From the NCBI GenBank assembly GCA_017508195.1, contig JAFVZL010000039.1, positions 18,271 to 82,270 of the forward strand: a DNA stretch of 64,000 nucleotides, in the 5' to 3' direction. The position numbers and the translations under genes are program-made. Source of the stretch: Clostridia bacterium (lineage in GTDB: Bacteria > Bacillota > Clostridia > Oscillospirales > CAG-272). Positions 25,412 to 34,600 of this stretch are shown here, in pieces. The notes below the pieces were generated by a model. The model was not told the DNA's origin. It was given only the letters and a program-made list of their open reading frames with translations, and did no database searches. Every line of letters starts with the position of its first letter. The first letter of the stretch is position 1.

Positions 25412-25625
25412 CTTTCTACTTACCATATCAATAGGGTTGGAAAACTGCGTTTTCCTCAATTTCATTTTAATTCCATTTACTATTTCCGTTTTCCTCCTTC
25501 GCGGTACCTTTGTACCGCTCTCAGTCGGAACAACGAAAATTTCTCCTCAAAATCCCCTCAACCACTCCTCTCTATCCTCTCTTTGTGGTTGGTGCATTTT
25601 GGCATAACCGTAAATGGAGAATTTT

Positions 25626-25664
25626 AGGAGTAAGGGGCATTTGCTTCTTGCTCCTTCTTTTTTC
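25626..25664 (+). terminator. terminator-like hairpin at the equivalent position of repeat unit 2
   Basis: AGGAGTAAG ... CTTGCTCCT (one T:G pair) followed by TCTTTTTTC. The sequence is unrelated to the unit-1 hairpin but sits at the same place in the unit. Confidence 0.55.
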
Positions 25665-25812
25665 GTGGCTAAGGGCGGAAAACTCCGTTTTCCATTTTTA
25701 TTATTCTCCATTTATTATTTCCGTTCGCTTACTCTCGCTGTACCATCGTACAGCTTCGGCGCGCGAAACGAAAATTTCTCCTCAAAATCCTCTCAACCAC
25801 ACCTCTCTCTTT

Positions 25813-25970
25813 CACGTTCCCCAACGGGGAACATATCGCGTTTCGCGCCGCGAAACATATCGCTCCGCCACAGGCGGAATATCGCGTCACCCCCGGTGAC
25901 ATATCGCGCTTCGCGCAAGCGAAGCATCATAACTGCTGCCCGCGGCAGCGCTGCTTCGCAGGTCGAAGCG
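25813..25970. repeat. hairpin-train element, family 1 (copy A): about 7 short GC hairpins; ATATCGC(G) occurs four times, separating the first five
   Basis: ATATCGC(G) occurs at 25833, 25857, 25879 and 25901 (spacing 24/22/22 nt). Each interval holds a perfect 6-7-bp stem with a 3-4-nt loop. Confidence 0.8.
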
Positions 25971-25971
25971 C

Positions 25972-26013
25972 AAAAAACCACGGCTGAGTTTTTCTTCTCA
26001 GCCGTGGTTTTTT
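25972..26013. terminator. bidirectional rho-independent terminator
   Basis: A6-CCACGGCTGAG ... CTCAGCCGTGG-T6. It serves the minus-strand MFS gene (stop at 26040) and any plus-strand transcript through the repeats. Confidence 0.85.
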
Positions 26014-26039
26014 ATTGTATTTTTGCATTTTTGTAAATC

Positions 26040-27362
26040 TTAGTTTGCAATATCCGCTTCTACGGCATCATTTTCTGTCGATTTTGCGCTCTCGCGTGCG
26101 AGCACCTCTATTTGGGTTTTGCGAGCCGAAGAAATGACGAATTGCACGATAACGATAACTGCCACCATCGCGACTGCGGCGGCAATGAAGCCGACGTTGT
26201 AGCTTTTTGTGATATCGTAGCAAAGATTGAACGCAGGGGAGCCGAGGGCATAGCCCGCGGTGTTCACCGAAACGAAGATACCGAGAACCTTGTCAAAGGA
26301 TTTTGCACCGAACAGATCGGATGCGTATATCGGCAGCATGATCGTTTCAAGCGGAAGTGCGAAGGATGAAATCGCAGAGTATACAAATGCAAGTGCAATA
26401 CCTAAGGGTGATGGGTCGATAAATACGAGTATCAGCGACGATATAATTGAGACACCGATACACCATGATGTGGTGGCTCTGAGTCCTGCCTTATCGTAAA
26501 TAACGCCCGTTAAAAACTTCGCGGCTGCGAGCACCAACGAATGGAAGCTGAGTATAAGAGATATCGTATCCGCATCGATATTCACGTCACGGTAATGCGC
26601 GGCAGTTACACCCGACAGTCCCTGAAGAATAAAGCCTGAGATAAAAATGCATACGAGAATTCCCCAGAAATACTTCTTGTGAAGTGCCTCCTTGAAGCTG
26701 ATACCGACCCAATCCGTACCGCGCTTTTTCTTTGCGCCCGATTTTGCCGGCACGGCATCTATCGGCTCACGCTTGGGGTCCTTAAAGAATATGAGAAGAA
26801 GAACGCCAACTACTGCAAGCACACAGGCAACGACGATATAAGCGGTTCTGTATCCCTCCGCGCCCGATTCGATGATCGGAGAAATGATCTGTATCGCTAT
26901 CGCTCCGCCGATACCGTTAGAGGCGAGCACCGCACCCATGATCGTACCTTTATTTTCCTTACAAAGGCGCGTTACAACGTATCCGACCATCGTGGTCGTG
27001 GTCCATGAAAGACCGATGCCGAGGAACACACCCGCGAGGTAAATAAGCCACACGTTAGGTGCGAACGCATACAGAAGTGTCGATATGATAAGCGAGCCGA
27101 AGCCTGCTACGATAAGCTTCTTCGGTCCGAATTTTGCAACGAGGAAGCCAAAGAACACGTTTATTATAGCAGTAGATACGTATCTGCAGCTGTCGGTGAT
27201 CGAATACACGCTTCGGTCGATTCCGAGCGCGTTGCTTATAGGAACGATATATAAGCTCTTAGGCGACGAGCAAAAGCCGAGCGCCACAAGAACCATCAGG
27301 AAGCAAAGTCCGATAATGACCCATTTGTAATCGAAGCGCTTCCTTTGATCCGAATTATTCAT
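26040..27362 (-). CDS. MFS transporter (440 aa)
   Basis: About 12 hydrophobic segments with a central basic loop (KDPKREPIDAVPAKSGAKKKRG). Subfamily not assignable by eye. Confidence 0.75.
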   Translation of the reverse strand: MNNSDQRKRFDYKWVIIGLCFLMVLVALGFCSSPKSLYIVPISNALGIDRSVYSITDSCRYVSTAIINVFFGFLVAKFGPKKLIVAGFGSLIISTLLYAFAPNVWLIYLAGVFLGIGLSWTTTTMVGYVVTRLCKENKGTIMGAVLASNGIGGAIAIQIISPIIESGAEGYRTAYIVVACVLAVVGVLLLIFFKDPKREPIDAVPAKSGAKKKRGTDWVGISFKEALHKKYFWGILVCIFISGFILQGLSGVTAAHYRDVNIDADTISLILSFHSLVLAAAKFLTGVIYDKAGLRATTSWCIGVSIISSLILVFIDPSPLGIALAFVYSAISSFALPLETIMLPIYASDLFGAKSFDKVLGIFVSVNTAGYALGSPAFNLCYDITKSYNVGFIAAAVAMVAVIVIVQFVISSARKTQIEVLARESAKSTENDAVEADIAN

Positions 27363-27518
27363 TTCTACGCCCTTCTTGTCTTACGAAAATTCATGAAGAA
27401 TTATAGCACCGCAGCCCCTTTTTGTCAACACGCAGCGGAAAAAAAGATCCATTCAAGCATGACGGAGCAGAAGAACGGTATAGATATGCGGGATATAGCC
27501 CCCGAAAAAGCCCGGATG

Positions 27519-27556
27519 AGAGAAAAGGCTGCCCGTGCATAGCATCGGGCAGCCTT
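27519..27556 (-). terminator. rho-independent terminator after the 27629..31639 gene
   Basis: AAGGCTGCCCG ... CGGGCAGCCTT, followed on the minus strand by TTTTCTCTC. Confidence 0.75.
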
Positions 27557-27628
27557 GCTGATTATTTTACATTCGGTGATAGTGTCAAGCCTTTATAACG
27601 GCACTACCGCCAAACATTCTTCTGAAAA

Positions 27629-30600
27629 TTACTTTTCAGTGATCGTTACGCTGGTCTCGGGAGCCACGTCAACAAGAACGTATCTTCTGCCGCTAGCCTC
27701 GGTATTGACCTTAAGAGTGAGGTCACCGCACTCAGCCTCAGCCCACGTTGCGGGAACGTACGCCTTAACGGTGAGAGGCATATCGTAGATATCGTCGCGC
27801 TCGTTGTCGGTAAGGCTTACGGTAAGCTCACCCGTCTCGGCGTTGTAGCTCGAGGTGGTCTTTGCACTCGACCACTCGTGATAGTAGAGAGCTGCATCGG
27901 TATAGTTTGCGATCCATACCTTATCTCCGTAATCAACTGCGTGCTTGAAGAGTGCCTCGCCCTGAACCTTGGTGATCTTGTGACCGCCCGAGCCCTCTTC
28001 ATCAAGAGTGTCGGTTATAGCGTGGATACAGTAGGATACCCATGCCTGCTTGGATACCGCGGTGTCAATATAGCCGATCCACTTTTCGAGATCGCTTTCT
28101 ATATTTGCCTCACTTGTGGTAGACGCGCTGAAGGAGAGAGTCTTCTGTCTGTTGTTTACAGAGGTGAAGTAGTCCTTGGTGTGGTATCCGCCGCCAGCCG
28201 TGTTACGGCAGCCGATCGTCACGCCCTCCTCGTACGCCTTATCATAGATCTCTGCCCAATAGGTACCGTGTCCGATGATCTGGGTGCCCTTGGGAATGGT
28301 GGTCGAATAATTGACTACCTTGATAACGGTGCCCGCGGGAATAACGCTGTTGGTGTATTCTGCATTCGTAGTGATCGCGGTTCCCGAGGGGATAGTGATC
28401 TTGTTGGAAATAAGGTCTATCACCGCATCCTCTGCAACGATAAGAACACCGTTCTGAACGGCTACCGCCGTATCCGACACGAGTCTTACAACGCTTCCGT
28501 TGAGTGTTACATTAACGTCGGTTTCAGTAGCCTTTGTCGAGCCTGTCACAGCAATTCCGGGAGTGATGAAGGTGATGGCTCTTGAGCCAAGATCTCCGAA
28601 GAGATCCTTTATCATCTGCTGAGCACCGAACATCTCCGCGCTGGTGCTGCCCTTGGCAAAGGTGGTAGGAGTCTTGCTGATAGTATCGCTGGAGTTTCCG
28701 ATAGCGAACATAGATCCGCCCTCGTCGTTAACACCCCAGAACTTATGACTGTAGGAGTGAGCGATTATCTCGCTTCTGCCGGGAGTTGCCGAGAGAATGT
28801 CGCGCCAGAAGTCAACGACAAGACCCTGGCTCTCGTCACCGTCAACGTACTTATCGATTGTGTAGGTGTAATTACCGTTCTCGTCCATTACGTACTCAAG
28901 GATTCCGTCACCGTCAAGGTCCTCGGTAATAAGAGTACCGAACTTGCTCGGATAAATACCGAAGGAAAGAGCGAGCTTCGGATACTTAAGAAGCATATCC
29001 TTGGCAAATCTGCCCGTACCGATAAATCCGTCGTCAATAACGAAGGATACGGTAGCATCAGCACCGTTCTTATTTACTACGGTCGAATCTGCATCGAGCT
29101 CACCCGTAACGTTGAGCTTGATGGTGTAGGTGGAGATCGAGAGTCCGTCAGCCGAGGTAACCTTAACCTTTACCTTGCCGTCCTCGAGCTCGCCTATCTC
29201 ATATCTTGCGAGAGTGGAGTTAGGAATAACCGAGATCTCACCGAAACCGGTGTTTATATCCGCATCAACGGTGTAATCGTAAACATCCGACTTGAAGCCG
29301 GGGATGAACGCACCGCCAACTCCTATAGCGAGAGCCGAGGAATCGGAGGGATCGGCTACTCTGTAGCTCTCCTTGTTCATACAGTAATCCTCATAGGTCT
29401 TATTAAATACTACTACTGCCGACTTGGTGTCGGAGATGCTTCTATAATACTCACCCCATGCCGCAACCGACTCGAAGCTCTCGACTACGATAAGAAGGTC
29501 GTCGTCACAGCCATAGAAGGGAGATACCTTAGCGGAAGCAGATGCAGGGATCGAGATAACGCTACTCGGAACGTAGATATCTCGAAGTGAGGTGCAGCCG
29601 CTGAATGCATTTATACCGATCTTGGCAACCGATGCACCGATATGGATGCTCTTGATGGAAGAAAGGTTCATAAATGCGTATGCTGGGATCTCAAGACAGC
29701 TGTCAGAAATAATAACGGTGGAAAGAGACGCGGGAACGAAGCTTGCACCCGCTGCAGCTGCATCAGAGCCGAAGAAGTATGCAAGGAACGGATGAGAGGA
29801 GTTCACACTGCCGCCGATAAACGGAACGGTGAGCTTCTCGAGCTTGTCACAGCCCTCGAAGATACCGAAGCCGATAGCAACAAGGCTGTCGGGAAGATCG
29901 ACCACTGCGAGTGCAGTATCGGCAAACGCCTTCTGACCGATGGTCTTAAGCTCGCTGGCACCGGTGGTAACAAGCTCACCATTAGCGTTTACACTTACGG
30001 AGAAGTCAGCGAAGTGAACGCCCGTAAGAGAGGTACAGCCGTAGAATGCCGCGTTACCGATGTTCGTTACGGTCTCGGGAATGTAAACGTACTTGATAGA
30101 TGTCATTGCGCGGAAAGCGTTAGACTTGATGGATACAACCTTCTCACCGTTGTAGGTAGAAGGAATAACAACCATAGAGGGCTCGCCTGTGATGCCCGTT
30201 ACGGCATATCCGCCGTCCACTGCCTCGTAGGTCAGCTCGGGGTTAACACTCGCTGTTGGGTCAGAAAGAACGATATTCATAACCGCGCTCATGGGAGAAA
30301 CGTAAACGTAGTTATCGTTTGCCTCAAAGCTTACGGTAACGATGTATCTGCCGGGCATCGTCTTTGCGTTGCCGGTAAAGCTTACCTTAACGTCAGCGGG
30401 AATATCACCGATAAGCTCGATGGATTTTTCCTTTCCGTCATAGATGAACTGAGTATCCTTGATAGATGCCGAGAACGCTGCCTTGTTGACTACGACGGTA
30501 GCAACCATGGGAGCAACGGGCTCATAGGATATCGAGGACGAGAAGGTCGCGGTTACGGTGTAAACTCCTACGTTAACGATATCGTCTACCTCATTACCGC

Positions 30601-31639
30601 TTTCATCGACTGCGGTATAAGTGACACCGAGTCCCGAGGGAAGCTCACCCGTGATCGCGGGCATCTTCGAGGTGCCGTCATAGGTCTCGACCGAGCCGAG
30701 AAGGTGAATTCCCGACATATCGTGAGTCAGCTTGTAAATGGACATGGTCGCACTCATATTCCCGATGGGCTCGTAGTTATCGCTGACCGTAAAGCTCGCG
30801 GTAACGGTATAGGTGCCGACGTCGGTCTGTCTGTTTCCAACGTAGCTTACCTCAACGTCCTCGGGAACGCCGATTGCGAGGATGGATTTGGGAGTACCGT
30901 CGTAAAGGAATGCGGCATCCCTCATGGATATACCCGTCACGGTCGCGCGTCTGATCTCCACGGTCGCGCTGAGGGGCTCCATATCATTATAGTTTACGGA
31001 ATCACCGACGAGAGTAGCCCACACGGTATATTCACCGACGTTTACGATCTCATCGACGGTATTTCCGTCCTTGTCCTTATAAACGTATGTTGCGGAAACG
31101 CCTGCGGGAAGTCTGCCCTGGATCTCACCTGTCACCGCTACACCGTCATAGATCTTGGTCGCTCCGACAAGAGTAACACCCGAAACGTCGTAGGTAGCCT
31201 TATTTATCGTAAGGGTAGCGGTCTTGGACTCACCCTCGAGCTTAACACCCTTAAAGTAGAAGTCCGCAGTTACCGTGTAGGTACCTGCATTCATATATCT
31301 GTTGGTGGAATAAAGCACCGTTATGCCCTCGGGCACGGTAGCCTTGTCAATAGACAGATCGTGATAGGTGCCGTCATAGGTGACGGTCTTATCGTTAAAT
31401 ACAACGCCCTTGAGGTCGGGAGCTTCTGTCTCAACGCCGGGGCCGGGGGTGGGATCGCCACCCTCGAGCTTCTCTTCGCACTTGTCGCAGATCTTATCAC
31501 CGTTGGCATCCTCGTGGACACAGGTATCGTCACCGCCGGGAAGAAGCGAATTAATAATATCGCAGGATGACATTGCAAGAACGAGCGCAAATGCCAGAGC
31601 GAGGAGAAGAATATGCTTGAATTTTAAGTTTTTCATCAT
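27629..31639 (-). CDS. giant multidomain surface lipoprotein: YDG/MBG-type repeats + BspA-type LRR + cadherin-like sandwich + polysaccharide-deacetylase (NodB/CE4)-like C-terminal region
   Basis: Lipobox LAMSSC|D. A CVHEDANGDKICDKC motif. At least 5 ~90-aa repeats with (K/T)xYDG(T/V)...VGxYTVTA. LRR units such as IPETVTNIGNAAFYGCTSLTGV. Cadherin-like GFKSDVYDYTVDA. NodB motifs VSFVIDDG and HSYSH. Confidence 0.75.
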   Translation of the reverse strand: MMKNLKFKHILLLALAFALVLAMSSCDIINSLLPGGDDTCVHEDANGDKICDKCEEKLEGGDPTPGPGVETEAPDLKGVVFNDKTVTYDGTYHDLSIDKATVPEGITVLYSTNRYMNAGTYTVTADFYFKGVKLEGESKTATLTINKATYDVSGVTLVGATKIYDGVAVTGEIQGRLPAGVSATYVYKDKDGNTVDEIVNVGEYTVWATLVGDSVNYNDMEPLSATVEIRRATVTGISMRDAAFLYDGTPKSILAIGVPEDVEVSYVGNRQTDVGTYTVTASFTVSDNYEPIGNMSATMSIYKLTHDMSGIHLLGSVETYDGTSKMPAITGELPSGLGVTYTAVDESGNEVDDIVNVGVYTVTATFSSSISYEPVAPMVATVVVNKAAFSASIKDTQFIYDGKEKSIELIGDIPADVKVSFTGNAKTMPGRYIVTVSFEANDNYVYVSPMSAVMNIVLSDPTASVNPELTYEAVDGGYAVTGITGEPSMVVIPSTYNGEKVVSIKSNAFRAMTSIKYVYIPETVTNIGNAAFYGCTSLTGVHFADFSVSVNANGELVTTGASELKTIGQKAFADTALAVVDLPDSLVAIGFGIFEGCDKLEKLTVPFIGGSVNSSHPFLAYFFGSDAAAAGASFVPASLSTVIISDSCLEIPAYAFMNLSSIKSIHIGASVAKIGINAFSGCTSLRDIYVPSSVISIPASASAKVSPFYGCDDDLLIVVESFESVAAWGEYYRSISDTKSAVVVFNKTYEDYCMNKESYRVADPSDSSALAIGVGGAFIPGFKSDVYDYTVDADINTGFGEISVIPNSTLARYEIGELEDGKVKVKVTSADGLSISTYTIKLNVTGELDADSTVVNKNGADATVSFVIDDGFIGTGRFAKDMLLKYPKLALSFGIYPSKFGTLITEDLDGDGILEYVMDENGNYTYTIDKYVDGDESQGLVVDFWRDILSATPGRSEIIAHSYSHKFWGVNDEGGSMFAIGNSSDTISKTPTTFAKGSTSAEMFGAQQMIKDLFGDLGSRAITFITPGIAVTGSTKATETDVNVTLNGSVVRLVSDTAVAVQNGVLIVAEDAVIDLISNKITIPSGTAITTNAEYTNSVIPAGTVIKVVNYSTTIPKGTQIIGHGTYWAEIYDKAYEEGVTIGCRNTAGGGYHTKDYFTSVNNRQKTLSFSASTTSEANIESDLEKWIGYIDTAVSKQAWVSYCIHAITDTLDEEGSGGHKITKVQGEALFKHAVDYGDKVWIANYTDAALYYHEWSSAKTTSSYNAETGELTVSLTDNERDDIYDMPLTVKAYVPATWAEAECGDLTLKVNTEASGRRYVLVDVAPETSVTITEK

Positions 31640-31650
31640 TTACTCCTCCT

Positions 31651-34600
31651 TTAGTTTTCGTCGGCAGAGGACGAATCGACTGCCGTCGAGAATGTGTGCA
31701 GACTGTGGCCTGTCACACCGACTACGTTACCGGGAACTCTCGAACGAATTACCTCGGGATCGTCTACGCTTATATAATAGGTCTTGCCGTTGCTTGCAAC
31801 GATAGTTACGGTACCGCTTGACTTGTCGTAAGTGTATCCGTCCTTGACGAATCTGATTACATCTCCGTTCTCGAGCTCGAGAAGAGATATTCCGAAGCCG
31901 TATCTTACGTATTTAGCCTCGGTGATGCCGTCGGCTGTTAGAGTGATGGTTCTGCCCTCGGCGGTAGCCTTGGCGGGCACGAATACCTTATCCTCACCCG
32001 CGATCTCGAAGCCCTCGATCTCATCACCGTAAAGAAGAACGAAGTCACGGTCGAGAGTTACCTTAACCTCGGCACCCTCGGTCACTACCTCCTCGACCTC
32101 GGGGTTAGCGATAACTACGTTATCATCCTTGAAGTATACGTTCTCAAGAATACTGTCTGCCATCGCAAGACCGATGGGAGACTTTCTTACTGCGTGGACG
32201 TGTCCGTACTGGAAGCCGTCTCCGGCATCATACTTGAAGTCGCCCTTGGAAAGAGTCGAGCCTACCCAGTTCGCGCCAACGAGATGATAGTGGTCGTTAC
32301 CGCTCGCGATGCTCTCCTGATATGCACGGAAGAAGGAGGGAGCACCCATGTGCGCGGGAAGCTGAACTATAAAGAGCTCGAGTGGATCGTTAGCCTCGCC
32401 TACGTTGCAGGTATCGGTGAAGGTAGCGTAGAGCTGATCGATGTTGAGGCCGTAATATCCGTCACCGAACTCGTCACACTCACTCGCATCCGCTGTAGCT
32501 TCGCCCTGATACCAGCCCATGCCCTTGATATTGTATCCCTGAAGGGGAGCTATCATGGCATTGTAGATCTGGTGCTCGGCAGCGGAGCTCGAAGCCATAG
32601 GATCGTAGGCGTTAGAAATAAAGTTGGATATTGCCTTACCGTTATAGTTAAGGTCAATTATTGCTATGGTGGGGTTGCCCTCAAGCTCGACCGCAAGTCT
32701 TGTAGCCATTACGTAGCCTACCGCGGAAATACCCTCGGTGCTGTCGTCTCTTGAAAGAGTCTTGCTGTTTACGTCGAACCAGGACGCTCTGCCAAAGTCA
32801 TCGAGCACGCTCTCAGAGAGGCTCGCACCGATGCTGAAGCAACGGATGTTATCGTAGTTATCCGCAAGAGCCTTATACTCAGCGAAGTCCTCCATCTTGT
32901 AAGCGCCGAAGTTAGCGTTACTCTGACCTGCCATTACCCATACCTCACCGATATCGATATCGGTATAGGTCGCACCGCCGAACTTGCCCTCCTCCTTAAC
33001 GTCGAGGGTGAGTCCCTTGGCATAATCCATAGCGGGAAGAGTGGCATTCCACTTTCCGTCAGCGACGGTAGCGGTCACACTGACATCACCGAGAGTTACG
33101 GTGATAACCGAGCCGTTCGTGGAGCAGCTTCCCCATACGTTTATAGGCTTACCTGCCTGGAATACCATGCCGTTTGCGAACAGCTTGTTATTTATCTGAA
33201 GCTTAGTCACGTTATCTCCACTCATAAGTATGTATGTTCCCGATACGGTATCAAATACGAGCGTGCACTCACCGTCAAAGGTATGCGTACCCGAAACACC
33301 GTTCTCGGCACGGATAACGGTATTGCCGTCACCCTCTCGGAGCATAACGTTACCCGAAGCGAGGGGAACGTCACCGAGTGTAATATCACAGTCGCTTATT
33401 ACGATGGGATAAGCCGTACCGTTTCCGATAAAGGGAGTATTAACCGTATTTACCTTGCAGTCCTTGAGCCACATTTTATTCGTAGAGCCTGCCGCGGTCG
33501 TACCGACTCTGCTTACACCGTCGAACTCGCAGTTCTTGAAATAAATGCTGGAGTCCGTGGAATGGCTAACAACGGGAATCGAATTAACGAGTCCCTTCTC
33601 GGCAGCTACACCCGAAATGGCAACCTTGAAATTACAGTTCTCGGCAGTCATAAATGCCGTGGACTGAAGATAGATCATCGGGAATGAAAGCGACGATTTA
33701 TAGTAGTAATCATATGAATACCTATTGTTGGCATCGGGACCGAGAGTAAGATCGCATCCGTAATCCTCACCAGTGTAGGTAAAATCAACGTTATCCATAT
33801 AGAAACGGCAGTCCTGAAGCTGGATCATATTAGCCGATCCGTTGGTTACCTTACCGTTTGCGATCTCAGTACGGATCCTACCCGAAAGGTTCGTTTCAAC
33901 GAAGTCTATATTAGTGAAGCTTACGACAGACTCGGGGTCAGCATTATTGACGTAGATCAGACCGCCCGCATATCCTCTGAGCTTGACAGTGCATACGTTG
34001 CCCTCGGCATCCGCGCCGTCAATAGAAAGACGGAACAGTCCGCCACCGCTGAAGAAATGAGCCGCTCTTTTGTTTCCAACGTCAAATCCGTTAAAGTCGA
34101 GGAATAAGGAGCCGTTGCCGTTGCCGCTGCCAGTAAGACTCGTCGCAAGGTTATTACGCTCAGCAACAACCTTAGTGACCGCTGCGGTAGCAACAGTTTT
34201 TACATCGAATGCCGCACCAAGAGCTCCGGCACCCGAGAGTATATTATTGTAAAGCGTCTCGCTTACCTCTCCTCTGTCGGGAATGATCGTTACGGTGGTA
34301 ACGTAGCTCGCGCCGCTCTTATCAACGAGAGTCCACTTTCCGCTCTCGAGCTCGGCAAGCTCTGCATGAGCGGTAGCAACGGTGAGGGACTCCGAAACGT
34401 TCGCGGTAGGCACGTCGATAAGCGTGCTACCCGTGCCGTACCAGAGCTTGATCATATCCTTGGTCGCACCTGCACCGAGAATGGAAACACCGCTGAAGGA
34501 AACGCCCGCACCGTGGAATACGTCACCGTTCACGTCGGACGCACCGCCGAAGATAGCCTGAGAAGCCACAAACGAGGTGTCAACAGCCGTACACCAGCTG

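Larger units (their letters stand above)
25341..25812 (+). repeat. two tandem ~244/228-bp structured units (GTGGTTGG-GGCATAACCG box, terminator hairpin, two further hairpins, conserved 3' block)
   Basis: Unit 1 is 25341-25584 and unit 2 is 25585-25812. Both start GTGGTTGG(C/T)GCATTTTGG(T/C)ATAACCGTAAATGGA. Both end AACGAAAATTTCTCCTCAAAATCC(C/T)CTCAACCAC. Confidence 0.8.

Noticed and set aside
25510-26036. 129-aa and 140-aa ORFs running through the tandem units and hairpin train A
   Set aside because: They consist of translated repeats (…ISR…YRAS…). The equivalent ORFs at 35580..35804 and 35824..36054 fall into different frames because loop lengths differ by 1 nt between copies. There is no SD, and conservation follows base pairing rather than codons.
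29642-31570. 642-aa ORF on the + strand, plus similar long antisense ORFs at 18523..20085, 16271..17635, 11043..12329, 54563..55660, 38696..39733, 42378..43322, 45110..45919 and 23171..23923
   Set aside because: All lie opposite genes with clear family motifs and proper SD sites. Their translations are Arg/Gly/Val/Cys-rich without recognisable domains. I interpret them as a codon-bias artefact, not overlapping genes.
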